The notes under the pieces are model-generated. The model was not told the DNA's origin. It ran no database searches and saw nothing but the letters and a program-made list of their open reading frames with translations. Below are positions 41,948 through 51,016 of a stretch of 64,000 bases of DNA, in pieces. The stretch comes from Nostoc sp. DedSLP01. Lineage in GTDB: Bacteria > Cyanobacteriota > Cyanobacteriia > Cyanobacteriales > Nostocaceae. The number at the start of each line of letters is the position of its first letter. The first letter of the stretch is position 1. The stretch spans positions 128,001 to 192,000 of the forward strand of contig JAVRCJ020000002.1 of NCBI GenBank assembly GCA_034530875.2. The letters are read 5' to 3'. Made by a program: the position numbers and the translations under genes.

Positions 41948-44896
41948 TTAGGAATCATTACCAGCTAAGGGCAAAACTAAACGGCTAACTACTCGATTAT
42001 CAGGTAACTGATAGAAATTCAGTTCTCCTCCTAGTTCCTGCATGAGATTTTGGCAAATTACCAGGTGCAAACCTGGTGGTTTGTTCAGGTTAGAGGAAGC
42101 AAGGACATCTTTGAATGTCTTTTTTTCTAAGTCTGTCAGTAGTTGTGATTCGATCGCACCATTGTGTGTAATTGATAATTCTAAGGATGCCTGAGGAGTA
42201 GGTGCTACCCTCACACCACTATCTTGTCCGAACTGGGATATATTTCTCTTGGTATCTGCGGATTTATAGTCACTTAAACGACGACACCATATATCAATTC
42301 TGCCGCCACTGGGAGAACGGTTACAAGCATTAACTAATAATTCGTGAATCACTAATTCAATTTTCATAATATCGCCGACGATCGCCATTCCAGATTGAGG
42401 GTTAGAGCCAGGAACAGCTCTTGGTAATAAACCGCTTTTTGGTGACTGTCCATCCTCAATCGGTTGCCCCAAACCGTGTACGCCAATCCACAGCTTTTGT
42501 TGTTTGACTAAATTATCGATGCGTTCGAGCGATCGCTTTAATAAACTAGCTATGGGCATAGTTTCCCAGCTTTTGTGCAGCTGCCACTGTTCTAGTTTGA
42601 CTAATCCACTCATGGAAGTCGCTGCATGGTCTAACTGTCGTAGCAATAGCTGGTAGCGCATCTGAGTTAGTTCGTTTGCAGGAATACCTAAATCTCGTAT
42701 TTGGCTCAAAGACAGTGCTGTTATTCTTTGGATTTCCTCTAGGCGTCGATGTTTGTACCAGTTGAGCTGTCGTAATTCCTCGGTTGTCGATTCTAAGAGC
42801 TGGTTAATTTGCTTTTGACGACGCCACCAAGCTAATTGAGAAATTAGAATTGCTGTGGTGTTCTGACCTTGTTCTGTCCAGGGGCGATCCTGAGTGTCTG
42901 CTAATAAAACTACACTTGTAATTTCATGCACGGTATTAGTACGCAATGCCATGATAAAAATTTGCCCTTTATCTGGAGTATTGAACCATTTACGCGTTTC
43001 GGGCGGTAAATCGTCAACTTTCAAAATCAGGTAGCCTTCTGTATCCAATGCCCATTGAATTAGCGCTTCTGTTTGGATACAAATCGATGCATCGGCAAAA
43101 ATCCCAAATTGGCTGCTGGTAGTTACCCCAGGTATAATTTCTGCCCACCGATCGCCAGGCGACCAGGAAAATAAGACCGCTAGCGGACAGCCTAGAATCG
43201 CCGCTATTTGTTCGAGTGCCGTACATTCTAGTTCCTTTTTTTCTGGCTCAATTTTGCTGTTTTCCGATTCTGCCAGAATTTGCAGGCATCGCTCAAATGC
43301 CTGGGAAATTTTTTGTTGGTGCTGGGTGCGAGCGTGTAACTGCCACTGACGAACAATTACACCAATTTGTTGGCTGACAGCCCAGAGTAATTCTTTTTCT
43401 AAAGTTGTCCAAGTCCGATGAGTTTCGTGAGCGATGACCAAAATTGCTGGTGGTATGTGACCGTGAAGGCATTTACAAATCAGTAGCGATCGCATCCCAT
43501 TTTCTAACAAGAAGGGACGCCAATTAAAAAAGCGTAAATCTTCATCTAAGTTCTCAATTTCCACCGCTTGAGTTGAATTTTGTAAAAGTTGTCCATCTAA
43601 TTCTTTAAGGGTATCGAGGGCAAATTTTAACGCTCGGCGATTATGCGGCTGACTTTGATAAATAAATTGATAGTTATTGTGTTCTGCATCGTACTGCAAT
43701 AGCAAAAAGCGAGTAGCAGTAAATCGAGCTAAAACTCTTTTCGCACAATTTTGTAAGGTTTCTTGAAGTTCGTGTTCGCTAAAAATACCTTGGGCAATCT
43801 GGCTAGTTAATTGGGCATCTTCTTGAATTTGTTTGATTGTACTTTCGCTGTTTTCATTGGGAGCAACTAAAGAAATTAAGCCAGCAGCACCTTGGACAAA
43901 ATTTTTATCTGTCTCTGTCCAGATTCGAGGTTCGTTACTTTCCACCGCTATAAAACCGAGCAAATTTTTTTGCCAAGTAATCGGAGCTGCTAAAATCGAT
44001 CGCACCTTCAAACGTTGCAACAATTTTGCCGTAAAATGGCTTTTTAAAGAACTGCGGGCATCACCAATGGAAACAATTTGGTTGACTGACAAAGCATAAT
44101 AAAAATCGCTCAACTCCTGCACAGTCATTCCCGCTGCTGCCTCAGTCGTCGAATTAGGATCGATTTTCACTAGTTGATTGCTCATCCGGCACCAAAAATA
44201 TCGCCCTTCGCGCTCAAACCAGTAGATATTAGTTCGGTTGGGAGAAACAAATTTATGGGTTGCTTGGACTGCTGCTTCCAGTCTTTGATTCAAGTTACTC
44301 AGATTGCGTACATTTTCTAGCAATTCTAATAATGGCTCGTCGATTCGCCTGCTTTGCTTTTGCTGTAAATGTATTTCATGTTGATAAAGGACTGCCCCCA
44401 GTTGACCTAAAACCATCATCAACCGAGCTTTTGCTTCTCCTGTTAGTAGATAACCCCAGCGTTCTGAACCTAATAACAGCAAACCTAAACAGCGGTCTTT
44501 ATAGCGAATTGGGATCGCAATTGTCCCTTGGACTTGGAATTTTTCTGCAACTTTTCGCCATTCACCTGCACGGGTTTCAGCTCGTAAATCAGCAACGCCT
44601 AAGGGATGTTGTTCAATTACTACTTGCTCTAATAAATCGCCAGGGTTAATAACAACTTTTTGGTATAAAAGGCTTCTATCTTTTTGAGGAATGATACCAC
44701 CTTTACCCGACAATACGTGATTTAGGCGATCGTAAAGAGCAATCCAAACCAGTTTGTAGTCAAACTGTTCTTCGAGATAAGAAATAATAATTTGAATCAG
44801 AACATCAACATCATCTTCTTCCCTAAGGCTCTGGAGGACACGCCCCAATGAAAGGATCTGCTGTTCAGCGGCTATAGTTTTTTGCGGCTGCCCCAT
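41948..44896 (-). CDS. Multi-GAF protein with a degenerate histidine-kinase-like C-terminus
   Basis: Several GAF repeats; ELLVNAC.RSP.GG, ELSITHNG, PPGLHL.IC. Confidence 0.8.
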   Translation of the reverse strand: MGQPQKTIAAEQQILSLGRVLQSLREEDDVDVLIQIIISYLEEQFDYKLVWIALYDRLNHVLSGKGGIIPQKDRSLLYQKVVINPGDLLEQVVIEQHPLGVADLRAETRAGEWRKVAEKFQVQGTIAIPIRYKDRCLGLLLLGSERWGYLLTGEAKARLMMVLGQLGAVLYQHEIHLQQKQSRRIDEPLLELLENVRNLSNLNQRLEAAVQATHKFVSPNRTNIYWFEREGRYFWCRMSNQLVKIDPNSTTEAAAGMTVQELSDFYYALSVNQIVSIGDARSSLKSHFTAKLLQRLKVRSILAAPITWQKNLLGFIAVESNEPRIWTETDKNFVQGAAGLISLVAPNENSESTIKQIQEDAQLTSQIAQGIFSEHELQETLQNCAKRVLARFTATRFLLLQYDAEHNNYQFIYQSQPHNRRALKFALDTLKELDGQLLQNSTQAVEIENLDEDLRFFNWRPFLLENGMRSLLICKCLHGHIPPAILVIAHETHRTWTTLEKELLWAVSQQIGVIVRQWQLHARTQHQQKISQAFERCLQILAESENSKIEPEKKELECTALEQIAAILGCPLAVLFSWSPGDRWAEIIPGVTTSSQFGIFADASICIQTEALIQWALDTEGYLILKVDDLPPETRKWFNTPDKGQIFIMALRTNTVHEITSVVLLADTQDRPWTEQGQNTTAILISQLAWWRRQKQINQLLESTTEELRQLNWYKHRRLEEIQRITALSLSQIRDLGIPANELTQMRYQLLLRQLDHAATSMSGLVKLEQWQLHKSWETMPIASLLKRSLERIDNLVKQQKLWIGVHGLGQPIEDGQSPKSGLLPRAVPGSNPQSGMAIVGDIMKIELVIHELLVNACNRSPSGGRIDIWCRRLSDYKSADTKRNISQFGQDSGVRVAPTPQASLELSITHNGAIESQLLTDLEKKTFKDVLASSNLNKPPGLHLVICQNLMQELGGELNFYQLPDNRVVSRLVLPLAGNDS

Positions 44897-45042
44897 CTGA
44901 TTTATCGTTTTACATAACTTGTAATATATAAGATGCCCAGAAACAGACTCTGAATAATATTGCCGCAGGTATTAAAACAGTAAATAGTAATTAACAAAAC
45001 AGCTATTAACAGGTCAATAGTAAAATACAATAGGGTTTTAAC

Positions 45043-46005
45043 ATGAAAGAACGTAACTTTCGTACTATTAAGACCAACGGCGTTAATCTGAGGACAGTTG
45101 TCGAGGGTCAAGGGCCTCTGCTAATTTTGCTTCACGGTTGGCCTCAATGTTGGTATCTGTGGCGTCACCAAATCGACCCGCTTGTGGAAGCAGGTTTCCA
45201 GGTAGCTGTTCCCGACCAACGAGGTTACGGTGGTAGCGATGCCCCAGAAGACGTAAATGCTTATGACATTATCCATTTGACTGGGGATGTTGTTGGTATT
45301 GCTGATGCCCTTGGTCGTGAAACCTTCACAGTTATCGGTCATGATTGGGGTACAATTGTAGCCTGGAACACAGCACTGCTTTATGAAGAACGAGTAAATG
45401 CTGTTGTTGGTATGAGCGTCCCCTACTCTCGTTACCCAGTCGGACTATTAACAAAGCAAGAGAATTTTGGAGATAATTTTTGGTACACAGTCTATTTCCA
45501 AAAGCCTGGAGTTGCGGAAGCTGAATTGGAAGCCGATATAGCCCGTTCTTTGCGGATGATTTACTCTATTGGTAAGGGTTCCAACGCTGAGGGAATTTTC
45601 TCTAAACCTAAACCATCAACATCTGGTTTTCTAGACGGGTTAATCGATCCTGAGGAGCCGCCCTTGGGGTTAACTCAAGAGGATCTAGATTATTATGTAG
45701 AGCAGTATCAACGCATTGGCTTTCATGGGGGGATAAATTGGTATCGCAATATTGACCGGAACATAGAAATTACCCCTCAACTGCAAGACAAAAAGATATC
45801 CCAAACAGCATTGTTCATTGCTGGTGAAAAAGATCCAGTGCTCAATTTTCCTGGCATGAAACTTGATGACATGAGTAAGTGGTTTTTGAACTTGAAAGAA
45901 CAAGTTATCATTCCTGATGTCGGTCACTGGGTAAGCGTAGAATCTCCCGAAGTAGTTAATCAAGCGTTGCTTAAATTCTTAAAAGGTTTGGGTTCTCAAA
46001 ATTAA
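45043..46005 (+). CDS. Epoxide hydrolase-type alpha/beta hydrolase
   Basis: HGWP, DQRGYG, GHDWG nucleophile, EKD, GHW. Confidence 0.9.
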   Translation: MKERNFRTIKTNGVNLRTVVEGQGPLLILLHGWPQCWYLWRHQIDPLVEAGFQVAVPDQRGYGGSDAPEDVNAYDIIHLTGDVVGIADALGRETFTVIGHDWGTIVAWNTALLYEERVNAVVGMSVPYSRYPVGLLTKQENFGDNFWYTVYFQKPGVAEAELEADIARSLRMIYSIGKGSNAEGIFSKPKPSTSGFLDGLIDPEEPPLGLTQEDLDYYVEQYQRIGFHGGINWYRNIDRNIEITPQLQDKKISQTALFIAGEKDPVLNFPGMKLDDMSKWFLNLKEQVIIPDVGHWVSVESPEVVNQALLKFLKGLGSQN

Positions 46006-46279
46006 CTTCTCTAAACCCGTAACTAACTCCAACCAAATTGCTGATTTAGCTAGTGAAGACGCGACGCCAGTCGCTACAACGGGGAGCCACTGCGTTGGAC
46101 GGGTTTCCCGGCTTGTTCGCCCTTGGCGTTCCCGAAGGGTAGCAAGTGGCGTGGGAACCCCCGCAATGCGCTGGCTCATGAATCGCGTCTCTACAAGATG
46201 ATTTGTTGCATTGTTTTTTTAATTGGTATAAATTCTGAATTCTGACTTCTGAATTCTGAATTCTCTTTACAAAAAGCTA

Positions 46280-47422
46280 ATGGATATTTATCAAGTTGCA
46301 ATTCGTCCACTGTTGTTCAATCTGGTAAAAGCAGACTCAGAGTGGTTACACCAAAAGACAATTAGCAGTTTTAATTGGCTATCACAAGCAGGTAGCAATC
46401 CTGCTGCTAGTTGGGTTAATCATCGGCTACAAAAATCTTTGTGCTTGGATGATTCACGTCTAGAACAAAATTTGTTTGGGCTAAAGTTCCCAAATCCCGT
46501 AGGTTTAGCTGCTGGGTTCGACAAAGATGGCGTTGCTGCTAACATTTGGCCAAGTTTGGGTTTTGGCTTTGCGGAATTGGGAACTGTAACTTTTCACGCA
46601 CAGCCAGGAAATCCGCGTCCGCGTTTGTTTCGCTTGCCATTGGATAAAGCTGCTCTCAATCGGATGGGATTTAATAATAGTGGTGCAGCAGCAATGGCAG
46701 CAAGATTGGCACCAAAAAAGCAGGAGTTAACTCGTTCAATACCCATAGGAATAAATTTGGGTAAATCTAAGGTAACTCCTCTAGAAGCAGCCGCACAGGA
46801 TTATCTTGAGAGTTTTCGCCTGCTTAAGGATTTGGGAGATTATTTTGTTGTTAATGTCTCTTCGCCAAATACGCCAGGGCTACGATCGCTCCAAGATGCT
46901 ACCATGCTCAGTGCCATCTTAGAGTTATTACAACAAGAAAACACTGCACAAAAACCAATTTTTGTCAAGATAGCACCAGATTTGTCTTATGAAGCGATCT
47001 CTGACATTATTTCGCTAGCTAAAACCTACCAACTAGCGGGAATTATCGCCACTAACACTACTATTAGTCGTGACGGACTCAAAACCCAAATAATAGAGCA
47101 AACTGGCAAATCACCACAGTTAGAAGCTGGCGGAATTAGCGGCGAACCATTGCGCGATCGCTCCACTGAAGTAATTCGTTTTATTTGGCGGCAAACTCAA
47201 GGACAAATTCCCATTATCGGCGTTGGCGGCATTTTTTCTTCACAAGATGCTTGGGAAAAAATTATTGCTGGTGCTAGCTTGATTCAGGTTTATACCGGCT
47301 GGATTTATGAAGGCCCAATGATGGTACGCCGGATTCTTAAAGGTTTGCTTTCCCATTTAGAAGCAAGCGGATTAAATTCCATCAGCGAAGCTGTTGGTTT
47401 AGAAGTAAAAAGTCAAAAGTAA
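46280..47422 (+). CDS. pyrD: Quinone-dependent dihydroorotate dehydrogenase
   Basis: [37 protein letters not shown]. Confidence 0.96.
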   Translation: MDIYQVAIRPLLFNLVKADSEWLHQKTISSFNWLSQAGSNPAASWVNHRLQKSLCLDDSRLEQNLFGLKFPNPVGLAAGFDKDGVAANIWPSLGFGFAELGTVTFHAQPGNPRPRLFRLPLDKAALNRMGFNNSGAAAMAARLAPKKQELTRSIPIGINLGKSKVTPLEAAAQDYLESFRLLKDLGDYFVVNVSSPNTPGLRSLQDATMLSAILELLQQENTAQKPIFVKIAPDLSYEAISDIISLAKTYQLAGIIATNTTISRDGLKTQIIEQTGKSPQLEAGGISGEPLRDRSTEVIRFIWRQTQGQIPIIGVGGIFSSQDAWEKIIAGASLIQVYTGWIYEGPMMVRRILKGLLSHLEASGLNSISEAVGLEVKSQK

Positions 47423-47458
47423 AGCTTTGAAGTTCTTTACTTTTGCCTTGTATCCTGA

Positions 47459-48184
47459 TTATTCTTCCAGTGGGAAAAATTCTTTAGTTTTTTCCGAGTA
47501 TGACCAAGCAATACCATCGGGGTCTCTGCTGCGACTCCACTCTGGAAATTCTGGGTCATTGCGTCGTTTATAAACTGTACTGGAATAAACATTTAGCCGC
47601 TTGGCTAGTTCGGATTGAATTAGAGAGCCAAATACTAATTGTTTTTCTAGCGTTTTTGTAGTTTCGTTATGGGTTGGTTCTGGGAGCGATTCAGTTTCCT
47701 CGTCGGGTTCTTCCTCCTGTTCTATTGATGGTGGTGCTAAAAACGATAGCGGAGTTTTAGAAATTGGTTGAGCTGAAAGTTGCTTGACAGGTTCGCTACT
47801 ATCAAGAATGTTGCCCAGAATGCTGGCAGTTATGAAGTAATAGTACGGAGTTTCGCTGTCATAATTTAGGATACTAGCGCCAAATTCTTGAGCTTTGGTA
47901 TCTAAGTAGCGTTTTGCAGTTGCTCCGGGAAAATTGCCTCGGATTGCCAAATCCATTGGCGTCAGTTTTCCCTGATTTTCCCGAACTAATTGATGAAAAA
48001 TGGGGTTAACTCGCACAGTCCACTGTTGCCATTGATATTCCTGCCAAATCTTGAAGGCAATTACCAGCACAATTCCTGCCAGTAAAATTCTCCACGTGGC
48101 AACCAGGAAAATAATCAAAAACGAGAGGGGCAAAAGTATAACGAGAAAAGCCTTACCGTTACCTTCTATGGTTTGTTCACTCAT
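47459..48184 (-). CDS. Conserved hypothetical membrane-anchored protein with C-terminal HTH-like segment
   Basis: N-terminal TM pair; QSELAKRLNV.SSTV.KR...WSRSRDPDG. Confidence 0.75.
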   Translation of the reverse strand: MSEQTIEGNGKAFLVILLPLSFLIIFLVATWRILLAGIVLVIAFKIWQEYQWQQWTVRVNPIFHQLVRENQGKLTPMDLAIRGNFPGATAKRYLDTKAQEFGASILNYDSETPYYYFITASILGNILDSSEPVKQLSAQPISKTPLSFLAPPSIEQEEEPDEETESLPEPTHNETTKTLEKQLVFGSLIQSELAKRLNVYSSTVYKRRNDPEFPEWSRSRDPDGIAWSYSEKTKEFFPLEE

Positions 48185-48411
48185 GCCTCATTTTTGCCAA
48201 GTGAATTTTGGAAAATAATTACTATTATATTGGCAAAAATTTGGACATTTTTTGTATAGTTTGGCAAATTTTCCGGCAAAAATGTTTTTTGGTGGGTCTA
48301 AGAGATTGGAAAATCGTACAAATTGAAGACTATAACTGAGAAATCTCGCAAAAATTGTTTGCTAAAGTGTAGCGATGCCTGCGGCGAGCTACACCTACGC
48401 ACCCGACCAAA

Positions 48412-48470
48412 GTAGTACAAATAAATTAGTTTGTGAAACACTTGACATCTTGTACTACATAAACTACATT
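48412..48470 (+). promoter_or_regulatory. Sigma70-type promoter for the Y RNA/Ro60 cluster with a flanking inverted repeat
   Basis: TTGACA 48442-48447, 17-bp spacer, TACATT 48465-48470; GTAGTACAA (48412) and TTGTACTAC (48450) are reverse complements. Confidence 0.7.
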
Positions 48471-48512
48471 AATAATACAAGCAGATGTTCATCAAGGAGT
48501 TAGCTTTCCTTA

Positions 48513-48656
48513 GTAGCGGATAGCTCAAATAACAGAGTGCCCACATAAAGTTTCCAACTTGCCTGTAAAGGCCGATATATCGAGGGTTATCGCATACTAA
48601 AACCCCCTCGATTTAACTTCTGGAGATGCAGGTGAAAATCCTGCTCCGCTACACCA
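48513..48656 (+). ncRNA. tRNA-like Y RNA candidate, copy 1
   Basis: 8-bp acceptor GTAGCGGA/TCCGCTAC + A-CCA, D arm GCTC/GAGT, T arm GCAGG-TGAAAAT-CCTGC, internal CTTGCCT-GTAA-AGGCCGA and AGGGTTATCG. Confidence 0.8.
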
Positions 48657-48715
48657 AATAATTTTAGATTTAATCCAAAATCTAAAATTTAAAATCTAAA
48701 ATCCAAAATTTTCAT

Positions 48716-48845
48716 GTGGTGGATAGCTCAGCGGATAGAGCGCCTAAATATCCTTGTTCGCTCCTTGCCTGCAAAGGCCGAAGAATTGAGGGTTATCGCC
48801 TGCCAAGCGGGAGGTCGCAGGTTCAAATCCTGCTCCACTACACCA
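48716..48845 (+). ncRNA. tRNA-like Y RNA candidate, copy 2
   Basis: GTGGTGGA/TCCACTAC + A-CCA, TAGCTCAGCGGATAGAGC D arm, GCAGG-TTCAAAT-CCTGC T arm, CCTTGTTC..CTTGCCT-GCAA-AGGCCGAAGAATTGAGGGTTATCG. Confidence 0.85.
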
Positions 48846-48954
48846 AATTGAGCAAAGTAGTTAGGAGTGAAGAGTTAGGAGTTGAAAGTTTTCAATTCAA
48901 AAATTTTTAACTCAAAACTCATAATTCCTAACTTCTAACTCCTAACTTTAATAT

Positions 48955-49078
48955 GTGGCGGGTAGCTCAGCGGTAGAGCGCTAAACACCCTTGTTCACCC
49001 CTTGCCTGTAAAGGCCGACGAATTAGGGTTATCGATTAGGGTTCGAGAGGTCGCAGGTTCAATTCCTGCTCCGCCACC
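48955..49078 (+). ncRNA. tRNA-like Y RNA candidate, copy 3
   Basis: GTGGCGGG/TCCGCCAC acceptor (no encoded CCA), TAGCTCAGCGGTAGAGC, GCAGG-TTCAATT-CCTGC, CTTGCCT-GTAA-AGGCCGACG. Confidence 0.85.
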
Positions 49079-49079
49079 T

Positions 49080-49111
49080 TTCATTTTTGCCTGCAAAGGC
49101 CGGGAGATGAA
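49080..49111 (+). promoter_or_regulatory. Y-RNA-like hairpin covering the Ro60 ribosome-binding site
   Basis: TTCATTTTT-GCCT-GCAA-AGGC-CG-GGAGATGAA, 3 nt before the ATG at 49115. Confidence 0.6.
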
Positions 49112-49114
49112 GAG

Positions 49115-50716
49115 ATGAATTACAATTTCTTTACTAAAAAGAAAACAACTACACCACAAAATCAGCCTATCCCCGGACGCGAAGCCGAGATGATTCAAGG
49201 ACGTTCCGGTGGTTGGATGTTTGATGCTGGCATTTGGAAGATGCTGCGCCGTTGTCTTTTGATTGGCACGGCAAAAAGCACTTACTATGCTGGCAAACAC
49301 GAATTAACTGAAGATTTTGTCGCAGTAGTTAAAGAAGCTGTTGCTGAAAATCCCAGTCGCGTGGCAGAAGAAATTCTTTATGCTAGCGATGGACGCGCCA
49401 TTAATAACAGTGCGCCGATTTTGGCTTTAGTTTTGCTGTCAATGGGTGAAACGCCAGAAGCAAAAAAAGCCTTTGGTGAAATTTTCCCCCAAGTTGTCCG
49501 CACAGGTAGCCATTTTTATGAATGGTTAAACTACACCAAATCTCTGCGGGGATTTGGCAAGGTGGTGCGCGAAGCTGGTAAAACTTGGCTATCACGAGAA
49601 GATGTCAAAGGTTTAGCTTATCAACTGTTGAAATATCAACAGCGCCAAGGATTTACCCACCGGGATGCATTGCGGTTGTTCCATGTCAAACCGCCTACAG
49701 AAAATCACCGTCAACTATTTGAGTGGGTTGTGAGAGGCTGGGATGAATTACCAGCAGACATCCCTTCAGAAGCGTTGGCGCAGATTTGGTGGTATGAATG
49801 GCTCAAGCGGAACCCTAACCAAACCCATGAAGCTATTTTGCAAGGACGCCTAACTCACGAAATGGCTGCACCTGTGGGCAAAATGGACAAAGCTGCTTGG
49901 CAGTTGCTATTTCAGGAAATGCCGATAGGTGCGATGCTGCGTAACCTGGGTTCTTTGACTGAACTCGGTGTGTTGCGAACTGACGAGGGCGCCAACTTGC
50001 AGCGAGTGGAAGCAGTTCTCAACAATAAAGAATATCTGCGTAAAGGTCGCATCCATCCGATTGATGTTTTGAAAGCACTCAAAACTTATCAATCTGGTGG
50101 TAGATTAGGACGCAGCCAGAAGACTTGGAACCCAGTTTCGCGGATTGTGGACATTTTAGAAAAGGCAGTTGAATTGTCTTTTGATGTGGTGCAACCCACA
50201 GGTAAAGTGTTTATGCACGCCGTAGACGTTTCTGGTTCTATGGGTAGCTTGGTTGCAGATATGGGACTGAGTTGTTGTGAAATTGCCACCACAATGGCAC
50301 TAGTCACAGCAAAAGCAGAGAAAAACTACATAATTCGCGGCTTTGCTACGGAATTTCGAGATTTGGATATCACCGCTAAAGATAGTTTTAGTTCTGCGGT
50401 TCGCAAAGCCAGCAACCAAAACTTCGGCGGAACTGATGCGTCTGTGGCTTACGACTGGATGATTAAAAATAAGTTCAAAGCTGATGTTGTCTGCTTTTGG
50501 ACTGACTCGGAAAGTTGGGCTGGGTATAAGCATCCAAGTCAAGCACTCAAGGAGTACCGCCAAAAGGTAAATCCCAACGTCAAGGCGGTGTATGTTACTC
50601 TGGCACCTTACCGCATTACTTTGGTAGATCCTGAAGATCCGCTGTCTTGGGATTTGGCAGGGTTCGATCCGGGTACGCCTCGGATTATCCAAATGCTAGC
50701 TACTGGTGAGTTATAA
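49115..50716 (+). CDS. rsr: Ro60/Rsr TROVE-domain RNA-binding protein
   Basis: RRCLLIG....YYA, VRTGSHF, KYQQRQG.THRD.LRL.H.KP, AMLRNLG.LT, HP..VLKA..TY, vWA MIDAS DVSGSM, GGTD, TDSESWAG. Confidence 0.93.
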   Translation: MNYNFFTKKKTTTPQNQPIPGREAEMIQGRSGGWMFDAGIWKMLRRCLLIGTAKSTYYAGKHELTEDFVAVVKEAVAENPSRVAEEILYASDGRAINNSAPILALVLLSMGETPEAKKAFGEIFPQVVRTGSHFYEWLNYTKSLRGFGKVVREAGKTWLSREDVKGLAYQLLKYQQRQGFTHRDALRLFHVKPPTENHRQLFEWVVRGWDELPADIPSEALAQIWWYEWLKRNPNQTHEAILQGRLTHEMAAPVGKMDKAAWQLLFQEMPIGAMLRNLGSLTELGVLRTDEGANLQRVEAVLNNKEYLRKGRIHPIDVLKALKTYQSGGRLGRSQKTWNPVSRIVDILEKAVELSFDVVQPTGKVFMHAVDVSGSMGSLVADMGLSCCEIATTMALVTAKAEKNYIIRGFATEFRDLDITAKDSFSSAVRKASNQNFGGTDASVAYDWMIKNKFKADVVCFWTDSESWAGYKHPSQALKEYRQKVNPNVKAVYVTLAPYRITLVDPEDPLSWDLAGFDPGTPRIIQMLATGEL

Positions 50717-50765
50717 AAATTAGTGGAGGATAAAGGATGAAAAACTTTATCCTTCATAACTTCAT

Positions 50766-50874
50766 GGCGGGTTACCCTTGTTCGCAACTTGCCTTTCGGG
50801 GACGAAGAATTGAGGGTTATCGGTTACATCTCCAACATTTTGGGGATTAGCGGGTTCAATCCCCGCACCCGCCT
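50766..50874 (+). ncRNA. tRNA-like Y RNA candidate, copy 4 (no D arm)
   Basis: GGCGGGT/ACCCGCC closing stem, CCCTTGTTC..CTTGCCT-TTCG-GGGACGAAGAATTGAGGGTTATCG, T arm GCGGG-TTCAATC-CCCGC. Confidence 0.8.
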
Positions 50875-51016
50875 TTGTTTTGGTGTTGCTGATTGAGAAT
50901 TATGAATTTATGTCACGCAGAGTCGCAGAGTCGCAGAGAGTAAGAGTTGAGAAGAGGTGATTTTTAGATTTCATATTCAAATTCAGCAATGTCCTCCTCT
51001 GCTCCTCCGCCTCTTC

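Noticed and set aside
48513..49078. Calling the elements tRNA-Tyr(GTA) or tRNA-Cys(GCA), or intron-containing tRNAs, because CTGTAAA/CTGCAAA resemble anticodon loops
   Set aside because: The loops fold better as GNRA tetraloops, the fourth copy has TTCG there, the arm is far too long, the acceptor is 8 bp, and the insert is too short for a group I intron
48716..49300. ORFs 48716-48910 (+) and 48995-49300 (-)
   Set aside because: They overlap the structured RNAs and the Ro60 gene and have no protein features
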